Source: Alphaproteobacteria bacterium
GTDB taxonomy: Bacteria; Pseudomonadota; Alphaproteobacteria; MPNO01; UBA830
Reading direction: 5' to 3'
NCBI GenBank assembly: GCA_038131485.1
Contig: JAYPPO010000002.1
Location: forward strand, 710,908 to 774,907
Length of the DNA: 64,000 nucleotides
In this document: positions 37,491-47,679 of the stretch, piece after piece
How the letters are laid out: every line of letters starts with the position of its first letter
How positions within the stretch are numbered: the first letter of the stretch is position 1
Translations under genes and position numbers: made by a program
The notes under the pieces: generated by a model
The model's input: only the letters and a program-made list of their open reading frames with translations
Told to the model about the DNA's origin: nothing
Databases searched by the model: none

Positions 37491-38150
37491 ATGAACTTCA
37501 GGGCTTTGGCGGCCGCGGCGGCGCTGTGCGCGTTGTCGGCGACCGGCGCGCGTGCGGCGATCATTACGCAGACGATCGATTTCACGTTCTCCAACTTCGC
37601 CGAGAACGGCTCCGGCAATCCTGCAACGTACGATCAAGTGTCGGGCACGGTGTCGTTCACGTTCGACGACGCGATGACCACGAGCATCTTCGGTCAGTCG
37701 GTCGACTCGATCAGCTTCACCGCGCCGTCGGGCGTATTCCAGGACAGCGACGTCCGTTTCGATCTCGTCGTCGGGGCCGATATCGCCGCGACCCGCATCG
37801 CCCTGTTCGGGACCGACGCCGGATCGCAAAACCTCGAATACGATCTCTACCTCTATCAGCAGGAACTGCCGGTTCAGCTCATCGAGCAGTTCGACTTTTT
37901 CATTCAGCGCGCGTCTGTCGAGACGCTCGGCGCGGAATTCGATACCACGGCGGGCGCTGCGATCGGCGCGCTGATGAGTTATTCCAATTACGAGGGCGCG
38001 GGCTTCCCGTATTATGTATGCCGCGACGAGACGCTCGTCAGCACGACCCAGACCGAAACCGGTTCGGCGGTTCCCGAACCGGCGTCGCTCGGCATCATGG
38101 GGTTCGCGCTGCCGGCGTTGGGCGTCGCACGCCGCCGGAAGTCTTGCTGA
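37491..38150 (+). CDS. PEP-CTERM sorting-domain secreted protein
   Basis: Signal peptide MNFRALAAAAALCALSATGARA. C-terminal VPEPASLGIMGFALPALGVARRRK (PEP motif, TM helix, basic tail). Confidence 0.8.
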   Translation: MNFRALAAAAALCALSATGARAAIITQTIDFTFSNFAENGSGNPATYDQVSGTVSFTFDDAMTTSIFGQSVDSISFTAPSGVFQDSDVRFDLVVGADIAATRIALFGTDAGSQNLEYDLYLYQQELPVQLIEQFDFFIQRASVETLGAEFDTTAGAAIGALMSYSNYEGAGFPYYVCRDETLVSTTQTETGSAVPEPASLGIMGFALPALGVARRRKSC

Positions 38151-38228
38151 CGGGCGTTTCCGCGTAAGCGGAAATAGAACGGAACGCGCGCTCGCAGGCG
38201 GCCCTCTCCCCGGCTGCTCAAGCGCCGG

Positions 38229-41200
38229 TCAGAGACGTTTCTTGACCGCGGACTGCAACACGCGCGCCCAGCCGGAGAATCCGAGAGCCCCGGCGCGCGA
38301 TGCAATCGTATCGACGTCTGCGGCGTCTCCGCTTTCCAGCCACGACGCAAGCGCGTCCGCTCCGTCGGCCGTCAGATCGCACCATGGCAACGGTTCTTCG
38401 GTGAACGCGTCCCGCAGCGCTGTCGCGTAGCGCCGCGCTTCGTTCGGCCATTTCCGCGCGGCGGCCGTCAGCGCGGCGGCGCGGGAGCACCAAAGCGGAT
38501 TATGGGAGACGCAGCCCGACGCGATGATGTCCTCGGCTTCCGCCAGGATCCGGCGACATTCGTCTTCGTCGCCGGCACTGCGCGCGGCGGCCCCGAGAGC
38601 GATGGGCAGACAGAATTTGGGACCGCTCTCCCGGGCAATGTCGACCGCTTCGGCGGCAAGCGGCACTGCGTCTGCGCGCGCGCCGGTGTCCAGCGCAACC
38701 CGTGCGCGGAAAGCGAGGTTCAAGGCCTCGTATCGTCGCGAGCCGAGTTCGGCCGCGAGCCGGCGGGCGTCCGCAAAGGCGCGGTCCGCCGCGGCGAGTT
38801 CGCCCGCCTCGATCAGAACCTTGCCGAGGCAGCTTCCGCGAGCCGTCAACTCCGCCCGCCGGTTGCCGCGGGCGAGCGACATCTCGACCGCCCTTTCGCA
38901 GTCGGCCCGCGCCTCCTCCATCCGGCACAGATAGAGCCGCATGTGTCCGCGCAGCGAGACATTGGCCAAAATCACCGAATCCAGCCCGTGCCGTTCGGCG
39001 GTTAGAACGCAGGCATCGTAGGACTGCTCGGCTGAGACGAGACGCCTGCCCGCGAACTGGGCGTCGGCAATTCCGCTGAGCGCCCGGGCTTCCGCCTCCG
39101 GATCGTCCATGCGACGCGCGACCTCGAGCGCCGCCGTGTGGGAGGCGATGCAGCGGTCGGCGTCGCCCAGCGGGAACAGGATATTGCCGCGCAGCACGTG
39201 CAGACGCAGCCAGTCCCGGTCCTCGCCAACGCGACCGGCTAGAACCTCCGCGCGATCGAGCTGCGCGAGCGCATCGTCGTATCGGTCCAGGATCCGCAGG
39301 CTCTCGACGAAATCGAGACGCGTCGTGAGTTCCCAGGCATCGTCGCCGACGTCTCCGGAATGCGCGAGGGCAGCCTCGTAATATCCCGCCGCTTCCGGGT
39401 GCGCCCACAACCCGGCGGATCGGGCGGCGGCCCTCCGCCAGAAGCGCGCCGCTTCGCCGTGACGGTCGGCGCGGTCGAGATGGAGAGCGACGTATTCCGG
39501 TTCCGCCTGGTCAGGGCCGCCGATCATGAGGTCGGCGATTTCGCCATGGACCCGCCGACGGGTCTCCCGCAGCAGCGTGCCGTAAGCCACATCCCGGATC
39601 AGCGCATGGCGGAAGGCGTGACGCCCGTTCTTCTCGACCAGCATCTCGCCGGCGTGAAGGCGCTCCAGCGCGGCGCCCACGGCAGCGTCGTCAACGCCCG
39701 ACAGGGCGGCGAGGTCCGCTCGGCTGAAGCTATCCCCGAAGACCGACGCGATCTGGGCGACCCGCTTCGCCGGCCCCAGCGCATCCAGACGGGCGAGCAA
39801 CGATTCCTCGAGCGAGGCCGGGATCCTGGCGGCGCCGCCTTCAGCGACCGCGCGGGTCAGTTCCTCCAGAAACAGCGGCGATCCGCCCGCGCGTTCGACG
39901 ATCTCCCGGCGGCGGTCTTCCGGAACCGCATACCCCGCGACCGCTTCGACGATTGCCGCGGACTCCGCCGCGGTCAGCGCCGCAAGCTCGATACGGGCGC
40001 CGCCGATCGTGTCGAACAGGCGGTCGGCCGTATCGCCGCGACGTGCGATCACCACGAGCAGGATTGCGCATTCGGCGAATTGCGGGACGAGTGTCTCCAG
40101 CAGCTCTGCCGTCGTCGGGTCGATCCATTGGGCGTCCTCGATCGCCAGAAGAACGGGAAGGGCCGCCGCGCGCTCCGACAGGTCTTCCGCGACGGACCTG
40201 AATAGCTGCCGGCGTTGCTCCTCGCCCACCTCGCCCGCAGTCTCGCCCATCGATGCGGGGCGGACCGGCAGGGGATGAAGCGGCGTATTGAGCTGAAACG
40301 CCGAGCAACGCCACGTCTCCACGTCCGCGCCATCGAGCCGGGATTCGAACTCCAGGATCAGCCGGCTTTTTCCGCTGCCCGGCTCGCCGGTTACGTGGAT
40401 GACCTGCGCCGCGCCCTTGCGGGCAAGGCTCCACGCGGCGTCGAGTTTGTCGAGGATGTCCCCGCGCCCGACGAAAGGCAGTTCGGGCCTGCTCGCCGGG
40501 CCGATTTCGGCAACGTAGTCGATTCGCCAGGCCTGCGTCGGTTCCGCGATTCCCTTGAGGGAGAGGACGCCGAGGTCGGTCAGTGCGAATCCCTCGCGGA
40601 GACGCCGTCGGGTCGCTTCGCTGACGATGATTTCATTGGCGCCCGCGACACCCTGCAGACGGGCGGCGAGGTTCGAGTCATGCCGAGTACCGAGCGTTCG
40701 CCGGCTTCCCCTTCGCCCAGTACGTCGCCGACGACCGTTTCGCCCGTCGCTATCCCAATCCGTACCGCCAGATGTCGGTCGGGCAGCGTCGTCAGCGCCT
40801 GGACATCGGTCACGATATCCAGCGCCGCGCGCACGGCGCGCCGGGCATCGTCGTCGTGGGCGACCGGATAGCCGAAATAGACCAGAAGGCCGTCGCCCAT
40901 ATATTTGGCGATATAGCCGTCGTAGCGGGCGACCGCGACGGCGCAGGTCTCCTGATAGGTGCGGATCAGCGTGCGATAGTCCTCTACGTCGAGCCGCGTC
41001 GACAGTTCCGTCGAGCCGACGAGGTCGCAGAACATGACGGTGAGCGTGCGCCGTTCCCCTTCGAGGAAGGACTCGTCCGGCGGGGGCGCGGCGGCGGCGG
41101 GAACCGGCGCCTGCCGGGCACCGAGGGTCGAGATCGCAGCCAGAAGAATCCGGCGGTGACCCAACAGGACTCCCATTTCGGCGAGATCCTGATCCGTCAG

Positions 41201-41296
41201 AAACGGCAGCGCCCGCATGTCGACGCCGTTTTCGGCGAAGATATCCGCATAGCGCTCCAGCCCCAGCGCGCCGAGCCATCCCGAGATGTCGGTCAT
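38229..41296 (-). pseudogene. SAM domain - class III adenylate/guanylate cyclase - AAA/STAND ATPase - TPR signalling protein, one frameshift
   Basis: ORF 40580..41296 carries SAM (GLERYADIFAENGVDMRALPFLTDQDL) and cyclase (TVMFCDLVGSTEL...) up to ...GERSVLG. ORF 38229..41279 continues with ..DSNLAARLQGVAGANEIIVS, Walker A GEPGSGKS and TPR repeats. The total length of 3068 nt is not a multiple of 3. The frame change lies at about 40670-40685. Confidence 0.8.
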
Positions 41297-41387
41297 TTCG
41301 TGCTCCCGCGGCCAGTATGCACGATTTCCGGAAGCCCGGCTCTACGCCGCGGAACGGAAGATGCCCAGTTTCCGCGCTCCGGCGCGG

Positions 41388-42560
41388 CTACTCCGCGGCG
41401 TCCTTCTTCACCCCGCGCTCGCGGTCGGCCTTTTCCTTGGCCGCCGCCATCGCCTGCTTGGCCTGCTCCACGTAGACCGGGTACTGGCGGGCGCTTTCGT
41501 CGAAGCTTTCGCGGCGTGCGGCGAACTGGCCGCGGAAATGCGGGATGACGTAGCGGGCGAACATCTCGTAGCTGCGGTTCGCCGCCGACCAGTCCGCCCA
41601 GTTCTGCTCCATGACGAGATAGGCGCCGAACCCGCCGACCCCCTCGTAAATCGTCTCCAGCGCGGAAATGACGTCGTCCGGCGTGCCGATCAGCGCGCCG
41701 CGATTGGCCATCAGATAGCCTAGCGGATCCTTCTCGCCGTGCGGTACGGGGCTGAACGGCAGCACCTCGTGCGAATATTTCACCCAGCCGTCGAAGCCGA
41801 ATTTCAAGTCGTCGACGGCCTTTTCGCGGGTCTCCGCGACGTGCATGGGAATCGCGATGCGGAAGCCCCGCCGGTCGAAACTCTCGCCGCGCAGGGCCGC
41901 CTGTTCCTCGCAGATCGCGATATTGGATGCGTAATGTTTGAGCGCATTGTCGGACGCGCCGCCGAGCGCCAGCGTCCCGAGCCCGCAGCGCCCCGCCAGC
42001 ATCGCGCCCGCCGGCGAGCGCACGTTGGTGATCGCCATTTCCATGCGCGGCTTCGTATAGGGCTCTATCTGGAGCTTGGCGTCGCAGAGCTCGAACCAGT
42101 CGGTCTTCATCGTCACGCGCTCGCCCGCCAGCAGCCTGACAATGGCTTCGAGCGACTTCTCCATCATCTCCCGCGTCCTGGTTGGATCGATGCCGAGCTG
42201 CATCGCGTCGATGGGGAGCGCGCCGGGGCCGACGCCCAGCATCACGCGCCCGCGCGTCATGTGGTCGAGCTGGACCAGCGAGTTGGCGACCGAGAAGGGA
42301 TGCGTATAGGGCAGCGAGCGGACGCCGGTGCCGAGACGGATGTGCTTGGTGCGTTCCGCCGCGACGGCGATCATGACCTCGGGGGACGCGATTGTCTCGA
42401 CGCCGCCCGAATAGTGCTCGCCGATCCACGCCTCGTCGAACCCCAGCTTGTCGCACAGCGTCACGACGTCGAGGTCGCGGTCGAACAGCAGCGTCGGGTT
42501 TTCCGTGAGCGGATGCTGCGGCGGGACGAACACGCCGAAGCGGAGCGTTTCTGCTGTCAT
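41388..42560 (-). CDS. LLM class (luciferase-like) flavin-dependent monooxygenase
   Basis: 390 aa, intact. MTAETLRFGVFVPPQHP...GFDEAWIGEHYSGG... Confidence 0.85.
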   Translation of the reverse strand: MTAETLRFGVFVPPQHPLTENPTLLFDRDLDVVTLCDKLGFDEAWIGEHYSGGVETIASPEVMIAVAAERTKHIRLGTGVRSLPYTHPFSVANSLVQLDHMTRGRVMLGVGPGALPIDAMQLGIDPTRTREMMEKSLEAIVRLLAGERVTMKTDWFELCDAKLQIEPYTKPRMEMAITNVRSPAGAMLAGRCGLGTLALGGASDNALKHYASNIAICEEQAALRGESFDRRGFRIAIPMHVAETREKAVDDLKFGFDGWVKYSHEVLPFSPVPHGEKDPLGYLMANRGALIGTPDDVISALETIYEGVGGFGAYLVMEQNWADWSAANRSYEMFARYVIPHFRGQFAARRESFDESARQYPVYVEQAKQAMAAAKEKADRERGVKKDAAE

Positions 42561-42637
42561 TCGTTATGGCTCCCTTGCGTTTGTAATTTTTGTGTGTTTT
42601 GTCAGGTGCATGCGACACTAACGAGATTTCTTCTAAA

Positions 42638-43771
42638 ATGCTGGTTCTGGAACACGATGCCAAGGAGATTCTGGCCGCCGAGGGCGTGCCGGTGCCCCGC
42701 GGGGCGCTCGCAGCGACGCCCGACGACCTGCCCGACTTCAATGGGCCGTGGTTCGTCAAGGTGCAGATTCCGGCAGGCGGGCGCGGCAAGGCGGGCGGCA
42801 TCGTCCGCGCCGAGACACGAGAGGAAATCCGCGACGCGCTCGGGCGACTGTTGGGCCGGCGTCTCAAGGGCCACCCGGTCCGCGAGTGCCGCATCGAACG
42901 AGCGGTCGGCGAGGCCGAAGAGGCCTATCTGAGCCTGTCTGTCGATCCCACGTCGGGCGGCATCAACGTGCTCTTGTCGGGCACCGGCGGCATGGAGATC
43001 GAGAGCGCAGAGGGCCGCGCGGCGCTCCGGTCCGATCGCGCCGCGCGCGATGCGGACGCCATCGCAGCCACGGTCTCCCGGCTTGCCGACGGGCTTCCCG
43101 CGCACATGGCCGGTGCGCTGGCGGAGGCTGGCGGCCTCCTCGCCGGTATCTTCTGCCGGCTCGAACTGACCCAGATCGAGATCAACCCGATGCTCGTCGC
43201 CGCCGACGGCGCCTGGCTGGCGGGCGATGCCAAGATGATCGCCGACGAGAACGCTTTCGTTCGTCAGGAGCTGTTCGCCGATCTTGTTCGCGCCCGCGCG
43301 TCGACCTACCCGGAGGCCGCGCTCAAGCTCGCTCAGGACTTCGACTACGTGGAGCTTGACCCTGACGGCGAGATCGGCCTCGTGACGACCGGCGCCGGGC
43401 TGTCGATGCAGCTCATCGACGAGATGCGGGAAAAGGGCATCCGCCCCTACAATTTCTGCGACATCCGTTCCGGCACGTTCCGCGGCGATCCCGGGCGCTT
43501 GATCTGGACCATGCAGCAGATCGCGAAAGGCCCCAAGATCCGGGGCGTGCTGGTCAACATCTTCGCGGGCGTCACCCATCTGGGCGAGCTCGCCGATCTA
43601 TTGCTGCAGGCGCGCGCCGCCGTGCCGGAGCTGACCGCGCCGATGGTGGTCCGACTCGTCGGCAACGGTCTCGACGAGGCGCGCGAGATTCTCGCCGCGG
43701 CGGACGACCCGCCGGTGCTCGAGGTCGACCTCGAGAAAGCCGTCGATCTTCTCGTCGGAGGCGCCGCATGA
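42638..43771 (+). CDS. succinyl-CoA synthetase beta-like ATP-grasp subunit (ADP-forming acid-CoA ligase)
   Basis: Trimmed to ATG 42638 (MLVLEHDAKEILAAEGVPVPRG...VKVQIPAGGRGKAGGI...). Its stop overlaps the next gene in an ATGA junction. Confidence 0.8.
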   Translation: MLVLEHDAKEILAAEGVPVPRGALAATPDDLPDFNGPWFVKVQIPAGGRGKAGGIVRAETREEIRDALGRLLGRRLKGHPVRECRIERAVGEAEEAYLSLSVDPTSGGINVLLSGTGGMEIESAEGRAALRSDRAARDADAIAATVSRLADGLPAHMAGALAEAGGLLAGIFCRLELTQIEINPMLVAADGAWLAGDAKMIADENAFVRQELFADLVRARASTYPEAALKLAQDFDYVELDPDGEIGLVTTGAGLSMQLIDEMREKGIRPYNFCDIRSGTFRGDPGRLIWTMQQIAKGPKIRGVLVNIFAGVTHLGELADLLLQARAAVPELTAPMVVRLVGNGLDEAREILAAADDPPVLEVDLEKAVDLLVGGAA

Positions 43772-44664
43772 CCGCGCCGCTCGTCACGCCGGAGACGCCG
43801 GTCCTCATCCAGGGGGCGACCGGCCGCGCCGGCCGCCGCCATACCGTGCTGATGCGCGATTACGGCACCAACATCGTCGCCGGGGTCTCGCCCCGCACCG
43901 ACGCGGGGGACATCGACGGCATTCCGGTCTTCGCGACCTGCGCCGAGGCGGTCGCCGCGACGGGAGCGACGGCGAGCGTCGTGATCGTGCGCCCGACGGA
44001 GGTGCGAGACGCCGTCTTCGAGGCGCTGGATGCGGGCATCTCGCTGGTCGTCACCGTGGCCGAAGGCGTGCCGGTCGCCGACTGCATCGACGTGCTGGCG
44101 CGGGTGAAGGCCGACGGCGCGCGCTGGATCGGCGCCTCGACGCCGGGCATCGCCATTCCCGGCAAGCTGAAGATGGGCTTCCTGCCGTCCGTGTCGCTCG
44201 TTCCCGGCCCGCTCGGGCTGATGTCCAAGAGCGGCACGCTTTCCTACGAGATCGGCTACCGGCTCGCCGGGCGCGGCATCGGCACGTCGCTCTGGGTGGG
44301 CGTCGGCGGCGACATGGTCAAGGGTACGCGCTACGCCGACCTGATCCCCGATTTCGAGGCCGATCCCGCCACCGAGGCGATGCTGCTGATCGGCGAGGTC
44401 GGCGGCACCGAGGAAGAGGATTTCGCCGGCGCCTACCGCGCGCTCGGCGCGAAGAAGCCGGTCTACGCCATCGTCGCTGGCTCGACGACGCCCGAAGGCA
44501 TCGCGATGGGCCACGCCGGCGCGCTGGTGCACGGCGACAGCGGCACGATCGAGGCCAAGCGCACGGCGCTCGAGGGCATCGGCGCGCACGTCTTCACCCG
44601 CATTCGCGATATCGTCGACGCGCTCACCGCGGCGTTCCCGCCCGCGTCCGCCAAGGAGACCTGA
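43768..44664 (+). CDS. succinyl-CoA synthetase alpha-like CoA-binding subunit
   Basis: 298 aa. VLIQGATGRAGRRH, SKSGTLSYE and the phosphohistidine loop MGHAGA. Confidence 0.85.
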   Translation: MTAPLVTPETPVLIQGATGRAGRRHTVLMRDYGTNIVAGVSPRTDAGDIDGIPVFATCAEAVAATGATASVVIVRPTEVRDAVFEALDAGISLVVTVAEGVPVADCIDVLARVKADGARWIGASTPGIAIPGKLKMGFLPSVSLVPGPLGLMSKSGTLSYEIGYRLAGRGIGTSLWVGVGGDMVKGTRYADLIPDFEADPATEAMLLIGEVGGTEEEDFAGAYRALGAKKPVYAIVAGSTTPEGIAMGHAGALVHGDSGTIEAKRTALEGIGAHVFTRIRDIVDALTAAFPPASAKET

Positions 44665-44666
44665 TC

Positions 44667-45812
44667 ATGGATTTCGCCCTCAGCGACGACCAGCGCGCGA
44701 TGGTCGACAGCGTGCGCCGCGTGGTGCGCGACAAGATTCGTCCCGATGCGCAGAAACATCTCGACGGCGCGTTCCCGTGGGAGAACCTCAAGGCGCTGGC
44801 GGAGATCGGAGTGCTCGGCATGGCGGTGCCGGAACAGTACGGCGGCATGGAGCTCCCCGTATTCGACACCGCGCTGGTGCTCGAGGAAATCGCCAAGGGC
44901 TGCTATCCGACGGCGATGGCCGTTCTCGGCGAGGTCGGCACCCAGACCCGCATCATTGCGACCTACGCGCCCGACAGCATCAAGGAGCGCATCCTGCCCA
45001 AGGTCGCGACCGGCGAGTGCGTGCTGTCGATCTGCATGACCGAGCCGCAGGCCGGTACCGACGTCGCCGCCTACGAGACGAATACCGTGATCGACGGCGG
45101 CACCGCGCGCGTCAACGGCGTGAAGACGCTGATCAGCCGCGCCGAGGAGGCGGGCATGTTCGTCGTCTTCACGCGGGTGAACGGCAAGGAAGGGCGCGAG
45201 GGCATCGGCTGCGTGCTGGTCGACGGCGGCACGCCGGGCCTCACCATGATCGGCAAGTTCCACACGATGGGCGGCGAGTACCTGCACGAGCTCCGCTTCG
45301 AGGATTGCGAGGTGCCGGCCGAGAACGTCGTGCTCACCGAGGACGGGTTCCGCAAGCTCCTGTCGGCGTTCAACACGCAGCGCTGCCTCAACCCCGCGAT
45401 CTCGCTGGGTCTTGCCGAAGGCGCGCTCGAGGAGTCGCTCAAATACGCGAAGGAACGCGAGGCGTTCGGCCGGCCCATCGGCGTCTTCCAGGGCATGCGC
45501 TGGAAGCTTGCGGAGATGTACCGCGACATCGAGGCCGCGCGCAGCATCCTCTACCGCGCCTGCGTCACCGCCGATCCGTTCCCCGATCCGCTGCTGGCGG
45601 CCACCGCCAAGACGGTGTGCAACGAGATGGCGATCCGCGTGACCAACGAGGCGGTGCAGGTGCACGGCGGCTACGGCTATACCGATGAATGCCCGGCGTC
45701 GCGCTACTACCGCGCCGCGCGCTACGGCTCGCTCGGCGGCGGCACGACCGAAACGCTCAAGGACCTGATCGGCCGCCGGCTGATGGCGAAGGACGGCTCG
45801 CCGTTCGAGTGA
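44667..45812 (+). CDS. acyl-CoA dehydrogenase-fold protein lacking the canonical catalytic glutamates
   Basis: 381 aa with overall ACAD character (CMTEPQAGTDV, AVQVHGGYGYTDE). By hand alignment to MCAD, the C-terminal IYEGT position reads LGGGT. The LDxER position used by IVD-type enzymes reads FNTQR. Confidence 0.8.
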   Translation: MDFALSDDQRAMVDSVRRVVRDKIRPDAQKHLDGAFPWENLKALAEIGVLGMAVPEQYGGMELPVFDTALVLEEIAKGCYPTAMAVLGEVGTQTRIIATYAPDSIKERILPKVATGECVLSICMTEPQAGTDVAAYETNTVIDGGTARVNGVKTLISRAEEAGMFVVFTRVNGKEGREGIGCVLVDGGTPGLTMIGKFHTMGGEYLHELRFEDCEVPAENVVLTEDGFRKLLSAFNTQRCLNPAISLGLAEGALEESLKYAKEREAFGRPIGVFQGMRWKLAEMYRDIEAARSILYRACVTADPFPDPLLAATAKTVCNEMAIRVTNEAVQVHGGYGYTDECPASRYYRAARYGSLGGGTTETLKDLIGRRLMAKDGSPFE

Positions 45813-45904
45813 TCGTCCATTGTCGCCAGTGGACGGAATCGGCGGGCAAACATAGTATTTCCGGGAGTTTCCGCTGGGCGAGCGGGGTAGGCAGGGAAGA
45901 GTAG

Positions 45905-47645
45905 ATGGACGACAAGCGCGTAATGCGGCGCCTTGCGGCGATCGTGGCGGCCGACGTGGTAGGATACAGCAGGCTGGTCCGGGAGAACGAGGGAAATGCG
46001 CTTGCGGCCGTCCGGATGCTCCGGACCGGTGTCGTAGAACCGGTCGTCTCCTCTCATGGCGGCCGCGTCGTCAAGACGACGGGAGACGGCTTTCTCATCG
46101 AATTCGCAAGTGCCGTGGACGCGGTTGAGGCGAGCATGGAGATTCAGCGTTCGCTCGCGGCCGCCCACGACGGGCTCGCTCTCCGGATGGGTATCAATTT
46201 GGGCGATGTCGTCGTCGACGGAGACGATGTCTTCGGGGACGGCGTCAATATCGCCGCCCGTCTCGAGGCGATCGCGGAGCCCGGCAGCGTCTACGTATCG
46301 TCCGGCATTTACGAGCAGGCCGGTGACAAGGTTGATGCGTCGTTCGAGGATATAGGGCCGCAAATCCTCAAGAACATCGACCGGCCGGTACGGGTCTATG
46401 CGATCGGAGGGGCTCCGGCGGCACCCGGTCGGGAAACGGCAGGCGTGCGGGAGCGCGCCGGGCGTCGCCCGGTGATCGCCGTCCTGCTCTTCACCAACAT
46501 GAGTCCCGACGCCGACGACGAATATTTTTCGGACGGCCTGACCGAAGACATCATCACGGAGCTTGCCCGCTTCCGGGACTGCCGCGTCACCGCCCGTAAT
46601 TCGACCTTTCAGTAAAAGGGGCGAACGGTGGACGTCGCACAGGTCGGGCGCGACCTGAATGCCGGATACGTCGTCGAAGGCAGCGTGCGGCGGTCGGGCA
46701 ATCGCCTGCGCATCACCGCGCAGCTCATCGAGGCCGGCAGCGGGACGCATTTGTGGGCGGACCGGTTCGACCAGAGCATGGAGGACGTATTCGACGTCCA
46801 GGACGAGGTGACGCAAACGATTGCCGCGATGCTTGGCGTTCGTCTCCAGGGTGCTGCGCTGGAGAGGACCCTTGCGAAAGGAAACGTCCGATCTGGATGC
46901 CTACGATTGTTTGCTGCGTGCCAGACGCTTCACCGCAACGCTGGATCCCTCGCTTCACGCGGAGGCGCGCGAGCTCTTGGAGAAGGCGGTTGAACTAGAT
47001 CCCGGATATGCGGACGCCTATGCCTTGCTGGCGAACGTCTACCTGGCCGAATACCGGTTCGACTTCAATCCCAGACCGGACCCGATCCACCGGGCGTTCG
47101 ATATGGCGCGAAAGGCTATCGAGCTGGACCCGCAGAATGCCGGAGCGCATTGCTGGATGGCGATCGTTCATTTCTTCAGGCGCGAGAACGAGCGCTTCTA
47201 TGCCGAAGCCGAACGGGCGCTTGCGCTCAACCCGAACGATCCGGAAATCCTCGCCGACGTGGCGCACTATTATGCGTATATCGGCCAGCCGGAACGCGGC
47301 GCGGAGCTGATGACCCAGGCGATTCGCCTCAATCCGCTGCATCCGAGCTGGTATCATTTCACCTTCGCACGACTGCATTTCGAACAGGAAGATTTCCATG
47401 CGGTTCTGACAGATATCGAAAACATCCAGTTGCCCGACTTCTACTGGACACGGATTATCGAAGCGGCGGCGCTCGGCCATCTAGCAGAAAGAGACCGGGC
47501 TGCTGGTGTCATCGAGCGCCTGAAAGATTTGAAACCCGATTCGATGCGCGTGCCGAACTTCTTTAAATGGAACACGGCTTTCGACGACGCCGAACATATT
47601 CTGGATGGCCTCGAAAAGGCCGGGTTGAAGATCTCGTCAACATAG
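45905..47645 (+). pseudogene. class III adenylate cyclase - TolB-N-like - TPR protein, interrupted by TAA and one frameshift
   Basis: ORF 45905..46615 has the cyclase domain (AAIVAADVVGYSRL...TTGDGFLIEF...GDGVNIAARLE). An in-frame TAA at 46613-46615 is followed by KGRTVDVAQVGRDLNAGYVVEGSVRRSGNRLRITAQLI. The frame changes at about 46860-46880 into ORF 46821..47645 (TPR repeats). Confidence 0.75.
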
Positions 47646-47679
47646 GGATCGGTGCGCAGGCCAGCGCAGCGCGTCTGGT

